Part shown: positions 1 through 12,187 of the stretch, one piece after another
Numbering within the stretch: the stretch's first letter is position 1
Layout of the letters: each line of letters begins with the position of its first letter
Origin: Eukaryota sp. GEM-RC1
Lineage: Eukaryota
Length of the DNA: 64,000 nt
Reading direction: 5' to 3'
NCBI GenBank assembly: GCA_040285855.1
Contig: JAUFOQ010000017.1
Location: 62,001 to 126,000, forward strand
Notes under the pieces: model-generated
Databases searched by the model: none
The model's input: only the letters and a program-made list of their open reading frames with translations
What the model was told of the DNA's origin: nothing
Translations under genes and position numbers: made by a program

Positions 1-69
1 TTGCAAAAACACGCAGGATCAAGTGGAGCAGGAGCAACTGATGATTTTGACGATTATGAGGATTTGTAA
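1..69 (+). CDS. 3' end of a gene entering from the left; acidic tail ending YEDL* (KDEL-like ER retention; BiP/Hsp70-like tail)
   Basis: Frame 1 reads LQKHAGSSGAGATDDFDDYEDL then TAA, followed by a T-rich 3' UTR. Confidence 0.5.
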   Translation: MQKHAGSSGAGATDDFDDYEDL

Positions 70-577
70 TTTTTATAAAGTTATTCCTTTCTACTATTTT
101 TGTTTATGGTTTATGATGAGCTGGAATCACATAAACTAAATCGGTATGAGTCCCCACAAATACCTTTTGTGTAATGTCCTAATGTAAGATCATTACTGTA
201 GCTAGATTTCACTTAGATCAATGAATGCATGGAACTGCATTTGTGGTGTCTGTATTTTGTACTGTTAGTTTTGCGTGTTGATGAAACACTTGAGCTCGAG
301 TACCTAAAGCATAGTGTTGAAGTGTTGATTGTGTTTTGGTCAATATGTATGATCGCAATTACTCGTCGTAATTGGCTGTTGCGTTTGATAATTTGATTTA
401 ATACTTCATTAATATTTAGATTCATGTTGTGTGGTAGTCTCAACACGTATACTTCTCTATTTATGTGCGACGACAGATCTAGATTAAATACTGAAATCAA
501 ATTAGTATTACCCGAACAATATTTTAATATTCTTTCAACAACATTTGGTCTGAGATGTTCAAAGATTGATTACAAAG

Positions 578-2147
578 CAGCAACGACAAACAATATATTG
601 TATTGTGTTGTGTTTTTGCAACAATTTATTTATTGATCGAGTCCACAATAAACAATATATTGTACAATAACACAATACAATATTCGTCATTTTGTGCAAC
701 TATAACAAGAATAACATATCTGCCAACATCACTGTTCTTCACATTACAACCAAACCATTGGAAGATATGCCACTCCCAATTGTTCATTAAGATTCCTCTG
801 ATGAACGAACACCTTGTATATATTACCCAAAATTCTGATGGTATGTCTTTTGAGCACCATTTAAAGGAAATTAACGGAGCTCAGACTCTTAGCAACCAGA
901 CAGAACAAATGATCTATTATTCACACCCTCATTCAGTTAAGACATTGTCAACTTTTTCAGTAGAGCATCGAACACTCTCACTGATCGTCCGAATCAAATT
1001 TGATGTCGCAAACTCAATTTTTGCATTTACTACTACCAGAAATCAGCATACAGTGTCTTGTGTTAGGACTCGGGAAGCAGAAAGTGAAGTTGTACGTGTA
1101 GAAGCAATTACTGAGATTGATGATAGCTTTCAATAAAGCAGAAATATTGTATTGTTATTTATTGTAATCTCTCACAATATACCTACAATGCAATACAATA
1201 TTGGGATTATTACAGAAATACCAGTCAACGAAAATTCAGAATTACACTTATACCCTGGTTCATCAAAACTACCAGTGATGCTTATCAACGGGGAAGTGTA
1301 TCTTCATGTCTCTCCTACTTTGGATCGTGTGTGAATGACAATAAACATGATCTTCTATTACCTCTTTATCATGAATCCATTCAAACATAGCGCGATGTAA
1401 AAACTACTCACTCTGATACCACAGGGCTTCTGATCTGCTGTACAATGACAGGTTGCGCCTTTTCATTAAACAGCCATCGAAGACAAGACGATAATTGATA
1501 CATTTTTACACTAGTCAAACACTCTTGCTCTGCACTTCAGTCCTGCAGACAATGGAGGGAAAAATTGCCAAAGCTAGGATGATGACAGTTTATAACAATG
1601 GGAGATTTATTGAAGTAACCGATGAACCACAAAGGATCTACTAGTATATTGTCGATTTGGATCAACAACATTGTGACTGCGGAAGATGGCAAATAGAAGA
1701 CATTTCCTGTATTCATGAATGTATGGCTTTAATGTCAGTTAACTCAAAGCCCTTGGAGAAAGTAGAGCAAGAAACACTCAGAGTAAGATTTATGAGGATG
1801 GGGTAGTTCCTCCTCGAGATAAAAGGGTTTGGACAACCTATGCTACTCCTTTAAGTCCTCCGGATGTAAAACGTGAAGTCGAAGCCTCGAAGAAGAAAAT
1901 GCATCGTAGTGTGTATGACTTGTAGTTTATTATCTAAGATATAGCAGCACAACTCATTAAAAAAGAAGCTTAGAAGGAAGGTTGATTCTTCACTGGTATA
2001 TTTGATATGGGTATGGTAGTTTTGAAAAATAAAAATGTTGTCACTGGTATTTTTGTGAAAGGCCCTACAATATTTGATTGGACAATATATTTATTGTTCG
2101 ATCAAACAATAAACAATACAATAAATATATATTTTTTGTCGTTGCTG
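578..2147. mobile_element. Non-autonomous hAT-type element with captured internal fragments
   Basis: TIR CAGCAACGACAAA / TTTGTCGTTGCTG; perfect 8-bp TSD TTACAAAG (570-577, 2148-2155); CAATA/TATTG subterminal repeats. Confidence 0.85.
1645..1740 (+). pseudogene. SWIM zinc-finger fragment of a Mutator (MULE) transposase
   Basis: Reads YIVDLDQQHCDCGRWQIEDISCIHECMAL (VdL..C-x-C..WQ...C-x-H); surrounding frame broken. Confidence 0.7.
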
Positions 2148-2181
2148 TTACAAAGCAAGTATGTATATTCTTCGAAAATAT

Positions 2182-2982
2182 TAGGACTGTGCAGGTTTGG
2201 GTTTCAAAAGTTCCAAACCCCAAACCTGGTTTAGGTTTGGTTTGGTTTTCCAAAAATGGGTTTAGGTTCAGCTAGGTTTTTAAGTTTTAGGTTTAGGTTC
2301 AGCTAGGTTTTTAAGTTTTAGGTTTAGGTTCAAACCCAGTAAACACCATATGTATTATGAATTAAAAATACACTGTAGTTTAGTGGAACACTGTCAAAGT
2401 AAAGTTGTACTTACGGTAGAACTAGATAAGTTTTATTATTAATGCTCGAGTATCACAAACAACTACTAGTGGTACTACTTTTCTTTTTCAAAAAATCGTC
2501 TCCAATTCTTAAGACTGACAAGTGCTTGGATACTTTCTTCAGACAGAGAAGCTCTATATTCGGTAACTGTGCGTCCAGCGGAAGAAAAAACATGTTCGCA
2601 ACAAACAAAAGTTGCTTGGATACAGGGTTCGGTTGGATAGAAGCGTTAATATCGTTCATATATAATGTAAGAGTCAGAGGGTTATTGAAATTAAATGTGT
2701 TTCATTTTCCTACAGTTCTGAAGCTAAAGGTTTAGGTTTGGTTTTATTAGGTTTAGGTTTAGGTTTGGTTTGGTTTTATTGAAAAAGGTTTAGGTTTGGT
2801 TTGGTTTTATTCAAACAGGTTTAGGTTTGGTTTGGTTTGGTTAAAAAAGGTTTAGGTTCAGCTAGGTTTAGTAAAAAAAAGGTTTAGGTTCAGCTAGGTT
2901 TAGTAAAAAAAGGTTTAGGTTCAGCTAGGTTTAGAAAAAAAAGGTTTGGTTTGAAACCTAAACCCGAACCTGCACAGTCCTA
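2182..2982. mobile_element. hAT-type MITE with GGTTTA(G)/GGTTT subterminal arrays
   Basis: TIR TAGGACTGTGCAGGTT / AACCTGCACAGTCCTA; perfect TSD GAAAATAT (2174-2181, 2983-2990). Confidence 0.92.
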
Positions 2983-3025
2983 GAAAATATGACATCTCAA
3001 TCACTCGAATTTCTTCGCTTCTTCC

Positions 3026-4155
3026 ATGACTGGTGATGTAAGTTCTGTAACTATTCTACTACTGATTGGAATCTTCCTATCCTTTATTCTCCAACAACTC
3101 ATCAATGGTCTGAACTACCTTGTTCGAAACTACGCTAATGTCAAAGCAGTCATTCAAATAGTCTTTCAAGAGCTGATGATCATTGGACTATTATCTCTCA
3201 TCCTCTTCCTCATCCAATACTACGATGCCCTCTCCTTCCTCGAACCTGATACCGTCTTCTATAAGGAGCTCTTTGACTTTGTCCATTTTGTTCTCTTCGC
3301 TATTGTCCTTATGTACCTCGTTTTCATCCTTACCCTTATGAGCACGGCTTCTATTACTTTTCACCTCTGGAATGATCTTGATCAAAAGCTGCTGACCACA
3401 CTAGAGCTCTCAAGACAAAGTCTCTACAACACTCTCCTTCAAACTCATCCCTTTATACGCCTCTTTTGCTTTGGGTCAAAAAGGCAGCTCAAAAAGTTTG
3501 ACTATGGCGTGGCATTTTTGACCTTAAAACTGAGATTTAAGTCACAATTAAACAAGAAGTACGAGGGATTTTCAGAGAATTCTTTTTCTTTTGCAAAGTA
3601 CCTTAGACATTCTTCTAGAACCGCTTTCTCCAACATTGCCCAACTTCATTGGAGTTTGTGGTGCTTTATTTCAGCTCTATTAATTTTAAATTATGTACGA
3701 ATCAACTTTCTAGAACTCAACGATGAACTAACTTTATTGGTATTTGGAGGTGTTATTCTTTATTTATTTCTAATTATTCTTCTTATAACTGATTATTATT
3801 TGATGAGGAATGTTCTAGAGGCAACTTTCTATTCATGTGAGTTATTTGTTGAAAAACCTGTTGTATTTCAAAGGAAAAAGTCTTCTTTTTGTTGAAATTC
3901 TTTGCAATTGCTTTCTTTGCAAATGTTGGCTGTTGTTGTGTGTATGTGGTTAACTTTGATTTTAAATTGTATATGTTTGCTATTCTAGTCTGTCCAATTT
4001 TGATTGAAATGTTTGTCCTAATGCCAAGAATTCTACAATCGTATTCTTTGATTTGTTGGGTGATTGAAGATGTAAATTTTAAAATTTTGACATCAATGAT
4101 TAAACGGGAGAGTTTTCCAATGACAGAATTTAAAACTTCCAAAGATTTTGACTAG
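3026..4155 (+). CDS. MLO-like multi-pass membrane protein (one frameshift near 3890)
   Basis: Hydrophobic helices; FQELMIIGLLSLIL and FSFAKYL resemble the MLO motifs EELMLLGFISLLL and FxFxKY; ORFs 3026-3895 and 3889-4155 join across a T-run. Confidence 0.6.
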
Positions 4156-4890
4156 TTTGATGATGTTGCTTTTTGTTTATTTTTATTTTTTAGTTTTTGT
4201 TAATTAGTCAAGATTAGTATATGTCTATTTTTTGAAAAGCATCTTCCTTGATCAAATTCTTTGATGGTTTTGACCTTTTCTGGTCTTTGATTTCACTAAT
4301 ATGGACATTTTTCAAGTAAAGCATGTCTTTCTTCAAGTACTTTCCACAATGTACTTTGGTAAACTTCCAGTGTAGTTCTTTGTTGGAACTTATAGTAATA
4401 ACACAGCCTAAAGCGTCGGTCCAAAAGGCCTTCAAAATCTATTAAAGGCTATTAATAAATATTCAAAATCCAACGGCAGCATTCACTATTCAAAATTGTA
4501 ATTGTGTAACCTTACATGTAGAGTTTTCTATGAAAAATGAGCTTGTGTGGGTTTCGATGGCAATGATTGTTGATTTAATGTTATTGAGTTTTGGTTTTTG
4601 TTCTTGTTTTGAAGTGTCTATTTTATAAATAACCAGTCTGTGAAACAAAGTTGCATATGTTAGTATGAAGATTGGTGTGTATTTCAACAAATATCTGCTT
4701 TCGAATATTAGTAAGGATCATTTGCAAGACATCTACGTCTACTCGAGAGAAACTCCTGTGAATGAACGTGTGACGAATACGATTGTACATGTCCTTATTG
4801 AGTACATGTACCTTTATGTATTGTCTTGTGTGTTTATTTTCAAAACGTCACTGGAAATGTCGGTGACGTGACGTGTGATGGTGACGAGAC

Positions 4891-7096
4891 ATGACCCTAC
4901 TTTTGACCTCCAATTTCAGAATTTCTTCTTTCTCGATGGACTCTGCCAGTCTTTTGGAATTTGACACTGAAGCAGGTTCTTATCAAGAACAACCGTCCAA
5001 AAAGACCAATGGGAAGTCTCATGGCTGTTGTTACATTGCGATTGTTCTGATCATCATTGCTGGTCTTCTTACCTGTATATTTCTACTGTTTCTTCATGAT
5101 TCTCCGCCCTCTCCTACCGTGAACACACTTGATTTGGCCATTGATGTGGTGAATCAACTTAACGGTTCTAGTATGTTCTCTGACATTTTCAAAGTACCAG
5201 AAGTGGAAGATCAACTGAATGATGTTGTTATTTCTACTCTAACAAACCACTCAAGTGATTTCAAATCTATTGACGTCTTCGTGCGCTACTCAAACACCTT
5301 CTTTGATAGAAATCTGAGTCTCTTCACTATTACTCTCACCTTGCACGATCAAACCTCCACTACTGAACTTATTGTTTACTTTGACTATGATGATGCTACC
5401 ACCGTGACTTTCGCCCTAGATTATCTTTATAATGAGTTCTTTAATGATGAGATTACTATCATTGTCCCTTCTGATACCATTGAAAATCGTGAGCAAGCTA
5501 TTTCCGAATTTTGTCTGGTTGGCTTGAATGAATTTCCATCAATTATTTCTAACAATATCCACACTGAGTACGGTGGCTGGGTTTACTACACTGTCTATTT
5601 GACTAGTGGTTCAACTACCAATCATGTAAAGTATCTGCTACACCATCACGTCATTGATCAAAAGGCAACTGAAGAGCTTTTGGACGGATACATGGAGAAG
5701 ATTCTTCATCATTTGAAATCTGAGTTTAAATCCAAGTGTTTAGATGGTCGTGATGTCTATGAATCATCTGAGCACCGCAAAGTTGCTCTCTACAAGATGT
5801 TTCGAAATTTCGCTGATGACGATGTCCAGTTGTCTCTTCAATCTGATAATGGGTCATGATGAGGAATTCAATTAAGAAGGAATATTTGTTAGAAGATGTT
5901 TCGTTTCGTGATGAGTTTCTCTCTGATACTTCAGAAAAACATTCTCGTGTTGAACTGGGATTAGGTTCTGCAGCTATTTTACATAAGCAACACCTGTATC
6001 TTTTCCATAGCAGTGACTTTCAATCTGCTGATTTCAAGAACAATCTCTACCATAAATTGGTTACTGATGTCGCTTTGGGTGACCAACACTTCATTGTTTT
6101 AACTGACGAAAGCGAAGTATATTGTTACGGACTGAACAACTACGGTTTGTTCTTCGTTTTACTTCTTCTAATTTCAGGACAATTGGGTGTTGAAGACCGC
6201 AATGCTCGTTATTCCAAGTTGAACTTTTCTCTTTCTGGTGCAAAGTACAGACCAGTTGAAGTCTACGCTGGTGGGGATAAATCAGGTGCAGTAACTTTCA
6301 ATGACCAGCATCCTGGTCAATACAGTGAGTTCTGGTTATGGGGGTCGAACTTTAATCGTGAACTTTCCAATCAAAATGACGTGATTGATACCCCACAAAA
6401 GTGTGTGATAAACCCAGATCCTTATAGTAATGTTAGGTCAATTGCATTTGGTACTGATCACACTGTGGTCTTGGCAGGTTTGGTTTATACTCGAGGATGT
6501 ATGTTTAATATTTTCAATCTTACTCAAGCTAACAAGTACGGGCAGTTAGGTAATGGTAAGATCAACACTACTGAAATCGGGTGGAATATAGTTATTGAAT
6601 TAGGTGTTACTGGTGCCATTCGTGGTATTTCCAGAATTGTAGCAGGAGATCAAGTGTCATTTGCTTCCTGTGAGTCAAAAAACAGGCTCTTTGTCTGGGG
6701 TATGGTTGTATGTTCTAGTCACTCACTTTAGGTAGGGGACGAAATGGATTACTGATGACGGGAAATGAGGTCAATCATCCTTATGCGTTGGAGATCAAAT
6801 ATGATTCGAAGGATCGTTTCTTGATTGCAATGAGTAGAAGTGTCTCCATTGCAGGATTGTTCGATCGATCTAATGAACAGTACCTAGGTGCTGGTAACAA
6901 TACTTACAATGAGCTGTTGACAGGAAATGTTTCCGAAACTTATGTAGAACCTATTGATGTTATAAGTGGTATGACTTCCATCACAAGCGGAGGAAATAAC
7001 ATTGGTGGATTTTACTACAACCCTGTTTCTAAGCAGACCTTCGCCATTGGTTGGGGGTCAATGTTGGGGGGAGAGAGGAATTCTTGTTGGTTGTGA
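4891..7096 (+). CDS. Type II membrane-anchored RCC1/BLIP-II repeat protein, intron-containing
   Basis: N-terminal TM helix; RCC1 repeats VALGDQH..VYCYGLNNYGQLG and GQLGNG; introns of ~33 nt (~6145), ~30 nt (~6499) and ~32 nt (~6700); frame break near 5855. Confidence 0.7.
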
Positions 7097-7261
7097 TCGG
7101 AAGTATGCCATTGAGCCTGTTCCTTTAGGATGTGTTCGTTAATGAGCACGTGGGCTATTTTTTAATGTACATACTAGTATTTAGAATTGACTCAAACCTT
7201 TATAAAAAATGACAACAACAAACGCTATTGAGCATCCACCAAAAGTTGGTTTGGTTATAAC

Positions 7262-7825
7262 CAGGCTTGTCACTTGATAAAGAACGTTTAAAACGTATTT
7301 TGAAAAAAACGGCGTTTTTTATTGTTGTCAACGTTTTTTATACTCTGGATTGACACCAAAAGCACGACTTTCTACTCCACTTTTGTCTTAATATGACAGG
7401 TATTATTATATGTATGTTGTTTCTGACCAAGCAGGACTGAAACAAGGTTAGAGTATTTGTTGGTGACACTATTGCTGGTACAGTATATGCTCTTTGGTTC
7501 TGTATCTGAGCGAAACGACATTCAGGTACACTCGAACAGTGTTTTTGTTGCATACACCTTGTTGTCTTCCCGCCCTGACCACGTGATCATCGTTAGATGA
7601 GCACTGTACTTCATCTCCATGGTGTTATCCTTCCAATCTCAAAGGAACATAGCTGCAATGATCGAACTATGGAAGATTTGGTTGATGAAAATGAAGTGGG
7701 AAAAAAGTGAAAAGTTGAAAAAGTTGATCTGCCCTTTTTGAACGTTTTTTATTAAATTCGATTAAAACGTAAAAAACGATAAAAACGTCGTTTTTTATTT
7801 TTGATCAACGTTTTTTACAAGCCTG
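7262..7825. mobile_element. hAT-type MITE (AACGTT subterminal motif)
   Basis: TIR CAGGCTTGT / ACAAGCCTG; TSD GTTATAAC (7254-7261, 7826-7833). Confidence 0.85.
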
Positions 7826-7833
7826 GTTATAAC

Positions 7834-8442
7834 CATAGTACACAAAACACCGGGCGTGTTTGAACACGGTGTTGAGTGTGAACGTGTTCTGAATGTGTTG
7901 TAAATATCGAAAGGGTGGATGCGGTGTTTTTCGTTATTGATTGTTTCCAAGTTATTGTATGAAAATGGTCTCAAATATACGAAATCCTTGCTGCATAAAA
8001 GCTCGTGAGTACAAATAGGAACTCTCTGGACTCGGAATTGATAGACTTTTGACGTATACTTCTCAACTAGTTATAAACTACATATGAGTCTCCAGTTGTT
8101 CAAGATGAAATGTGCTTCAATTCACAGGAACATTTAAACTGATTTTTGGGTTTGGAAGGAAGGCTAACAGTGTGGCTTGTACATAAATGTCTTTTCTTTA
8201 CACTCACAGTGCACCGGAAATAATCGTGGCCAGTAGTGATACGATGGTAAAGGCTGTGTTACACGAATTCACGTACAATGGATGTATTCGATCACTGAAG
8301 GTCATACTTTTTTGAAGAGAGAATTGGAGGAAAAGTTTGTGTGGTTGGGTGGCGGTGTTGTAGCGGTGTTCGACACGGTGTTGAGTGTGAACGTGTTCTG
8401 AACGTGTTGTAACTGGAAGAACACGTGTTTTAGTGTACTATG
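7834..8442. mobile_element. hAT-type MITE (GTGTT subterminal motif), directly abutting the previous element
   Basis: TIR CATAGTACACAAAACAC / GTGTTTTAGTGTACTATG; TSD GTTATAAC (7826-7833, 8443-8450); internal direct repeat ACACGGTGTTGAGTGTGAACGTGTTCTGAA near both ends. Confidence 0.88.
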
Positions 8443-8488
8443 GTTATAACAATGATTCATCAACAATACAATATAAAATGTTAATATG

Positions 8489-8555
8489 TTAAAACAACTC
8501 TACTTGACTTTCTATCACATACAATCTAATAGAAAGTCAAATAGAGTTGTTTTAA
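8489..8555. repeat. 27-bp near-perfect inverted repeat with a 13-nt loop
   Basis: TTAAAACAACTCTACTTGACTTTCTAT ... ATAGAAAGTCAAATAGAGTTGTTTTAA, one mismatch. Confidence 0.85.
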
Positions 8556-8866
8556 AATATTAGAATTTTTCAATGCCAAAATTTTTAATGATAATTTTTC
8601 TGCTGTTGAAGTGGCTGAAGAGGAAATAATTCAAAGTACTGTCATAACAATTAACCAATTGAATGTTGACAGGTACAATTCTATTGTGTTTCAAACGTTT
8701 GCTATGTCGATATACAGTAATGTTGGATGAGTTGCACAAGCTTTTTTCACTTCTTTTGGTAAATTGTGTTCTGAGCAGTGTTCGAAATTTTTCCACACGG
8801 ACACCACCCAGGTGACATTAAACTACGAGACATAATTTTTGGTGCAAAAATTACTTTATACATCAT

Positions 8867-9735
8867 ATGGAGTGGGCAAAAAGTCATTTTGGTAGGTTAA
8901 CCCGGTACTAAAGAACTTTGGTGTGACTAATGAAATCAGAATTTAGTTTTCACCGGATTAATGACAGTTTAGTTTAGTTTTCACCCGTCTGAGGAAATAA
9001 TAATTTAGTTCTCACCCGACTAAAGACATTTAGTGTGGGTTAACTCAAATTGATGAGTCACTAATCTTATAATTTTGAGCTTCTAAATCAAATGTCTTAC
9101 ATCTTCTTTACATTCTAACAACTAGTTCAATGAATTCACCACCTTATAAAAAGCCTCGTTTCATTGAGGTTGAGTCTGACACTGAGCCCGATAGCTCTTC
9201 TCTCAAAAAACCCCCTCAAATTGAATCCAACCTACCTATGTACCATGTGCACGTGTTTTTGCCAGTGCTGGTAACTTAGTATCGCGTAAGAGGAGTTGTC
9301 ATTCCGAAACAAAGGTTAGAAGTCAATTGTGTTTGAAATTGTTTCTGCACGATGGGTATTGAGACGAGGAGATGATCGATATTGTACATTGTAGTTGAAG
9401 ATGATTGATTATTGGTTTTAGTGTGATCTTATTAGTTGTTTGAATAACAGATGATCAAGTTGTTGTTTGAAGAAACACCTAGACCTGTAATTAAAAATTA
9501 TACAATTTTAGTTTAACGTACGTTAATTCACACTAACTTTTGGTTTAGTGCACCAAAATTCAATTTAGTTTAGTGTTCACCCGACTAAAGGAATCTGAAT
9601 TTGGTTTTCACCTGACTAATTGCTTGTTAGTTTAGTGTTAGTGCAACTAATGAATTTACCGTTTCACTTTGGTGCGTCATCAGTCCAGAGAGAAATTTAG
9701 TTTGAATTTAGTGGGTTAACATTTGCCCACCCCTA
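8867..9735. mobile_element. Older hAT-type MITE (TTAGT / TTCACC(C)G motif arrays)
   Basis: Imperfect TIR ..GGAGTGGGCAAA / TTTGCCCACCCCTA; motif arrays at both ends; TSD degenerate. Confidence 0.6.
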
Positions 9736-10393
9736 ATATATGGTGAAACTGAAAGTACTTTAGCAGTGTGTGATATAAATTAACTAACAATGAAGTACTT
9801 TGTTTCCAGTTTGGGGATTAAAAAACCCTCTGAAAAATAATTAAATAAGATGATATTAGCCTCTCCGAACCTGGAAATAACTCCTGTTAAAAAAATTGTA
9901 TTCAGGACAAGTTGAACACCGAAGTATGTATTCAGGAAGACATGGATTAAAGATGATGATAAGACCAAAATTTGCCACCCAGTGCCCTCCGGGTGGTTTT
10001 CAAACACTGGTTCTGAGTACAGTAAAGTCTTCAATGAAAATTTTTGTTAGAGTAGGTAAACGTTTGCGTTGTTTCGTTTCGGTTATTTATATTATTTGAT
10101 GACGGACCGAAGCATCCTAGTATAGATAGTTTTGATGGTGTCTGTTAGTTATAAACAGTTTCTTGATGGAGGGTACAAAAATACATATCATAATAAAAGC
10201 TATGAAACACTAGACACCGAAAATTCCGGGACAACAGTACCGCAGTTCTTATACAACTTTGTGAAAATTGTTTTAAAAAACTTAGGTATCGAACGGAACA
10301 AAGAAAAAATCAAACGGTTATGCCAAGTTGATAAGATAAATCTCTTATTCAGATACGTACACATAGATCCATAATCAGTTAAAAACTTAGAAG

Positions 10394-11760
10394 TTATTTC
10401 ACCAATACTACCAATAATAGAAATGACAAATGGAACAAATATAAATTTTGATTGATTTTAGCAACATCTTTGGAATACAAATCAATTATACGTTTTTCAG
10501 CTGTTTCTAGGTGATTGAAACCATATGAATTCAAGCCATTAACATAAGTTTGAGCACATAGATCTACTGCTGTAACATCAAGGATAATTTGACTAGAATC
10601 AATAAAAGGACCATGTAAGTCACCTCGACGAGGATTAGTAATTAAATCAAGACCCAACTACTAAATAAAGGTTCAACTTTGGCATGAAATCCATGAGCTT
10701 TAAACATTTTAAATGTACAGCTCTGACAGCATTGTGAAGAACTGAGCGAAATTGAATAAATTTGGGGCAATTAATTACATATCTAAAAGTTGCAATGCGA
10801 CGATGACTACAAACACATTCAGAATTGTCCAGCAATTCTGCAGGAAATAGAACTAAACGCATATGCGTATGTATTAATTTATTGTTGCAAAAAAACTCTT
10901 TACTTTTTTCATACTATATCTGTTAATTATTAGTATCTTTTGCAAAAGCATTTATTTCACTGTTTGATTATAAACCCCGTTGTTTATGCCAATAAGACAA
11001 CATAAATTGAATTGAACCTTTTGAGGTGCTTTAACTTGACCAAATACATTTCGTACTGTTCTGAGAAAAGTTCAGTTACGAATGAATCAAAACAGACAAC
11101 GATGGGCAAGAAATGTTCAAAGTAAGACATGGTGTATAAGGAATTATTCAATCTATTTGGCGATTTGGTAGATTTACAAGTGTTATTCCATAACACAATT
11201 TTCAAGTGCCACGCGGTGACGATCGGACGATGATCGGAACGCATGTTGCATGGCACAACAATACTTTGCTTTTCCGAACGTTTTTGCTCACATTATTATA
11301 TGAGTTTGATGTTGGGTTTTCACACTGTTTTCATAAACCCGTATCCGTGCTTGTATCCAATCATCCTCTGTAAATCTAATTGGTCTATATGCCCTTAGAC
11401 AGCTGAAGGACGAGGAAGTTTTTTGTACGATGGGTACTTCCCTAAGAATAGGAAATCCATTCCTTGGTTTAAGTAATTCTTTAGTTCTGTTGTACTCTGA
11501 TTCTTTTTAATGTTTGAATAAATTTCATAATTTATCAGTTTTCTAGCAATGTTAGAACATTATTAGAACCCGACCTTTGTTAATAGTTCTTGATATACAA
11601 GAACGGATATCCATATGTTTACTTCATCAGTTTCTTCTCCAAACGAAATGGTTTGATTAGAACAAGAAGGACCATCAAAGATGATTATGAGACTATCTGC
11701 CCGGGAAGATAATAATACCATTATGTCCGACCTACTTTTAAACACGAAGTGCAATTAAAA
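10394..11760 (-). mobile_element. Decayed non-LTR retroposon of the restriction-like endonuclease (RLE; CRE/R2-like) type
   Basis: Cys-knuckle-like ECVCSH..VINC followed by RSVLHNAVR; then RRGDL..ILDVT..AEKR..LY (RLE-like catalytic region); upstream HRPIV fragment; many stops. Confidence 0.65.
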
Positions 11761-12187
11761 ATACTTTTGGTATAATCTCTAAATCAACACGCACTCGTCG
11801 TCAAGAATAAAAGGCTTGAAAGGTGTAAAAGGAGTTGGCGACGTGTACTTGGCATTTGGCTTTTATTATTTCATACACATATTGATAATTAGGAATGTTA
11901 ATTTGTTCAGTTCACACCTCCATGAACTGAAATACACTAGTGAATACACTTTATAGTGAACTGATCATCTTTTAAAAACTTTCTTTTAGTTTATTATGGT
12001 TGTTTCATTAATCAACATTTAATGCTCTGGATTTTCTATTCCCCATTGAAACATATTCAACCAACTCTTGTTCGGGATCACGTTTTTCCAAACAATCGTG
12101 TAACTATACACTGAAACCAGAGTTGAGGGTAATTTACAAGGACCAATCATTTGCTTTTTCATCAATTTTCCGGTCATCTTTCTTCTA

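Noticed and set aside
2720..2960. Interstitial telomere or CRISPR-like array
   Set aside because: Repeats lie within TIRs and a TSD, have no unique spacers, and there are no cas genes
7254..8450. Repeat-spacer array or integron-like cassette array
   Set aside because: The 8-bp repeats are TSDs and each 'spacer' has its own TIRs
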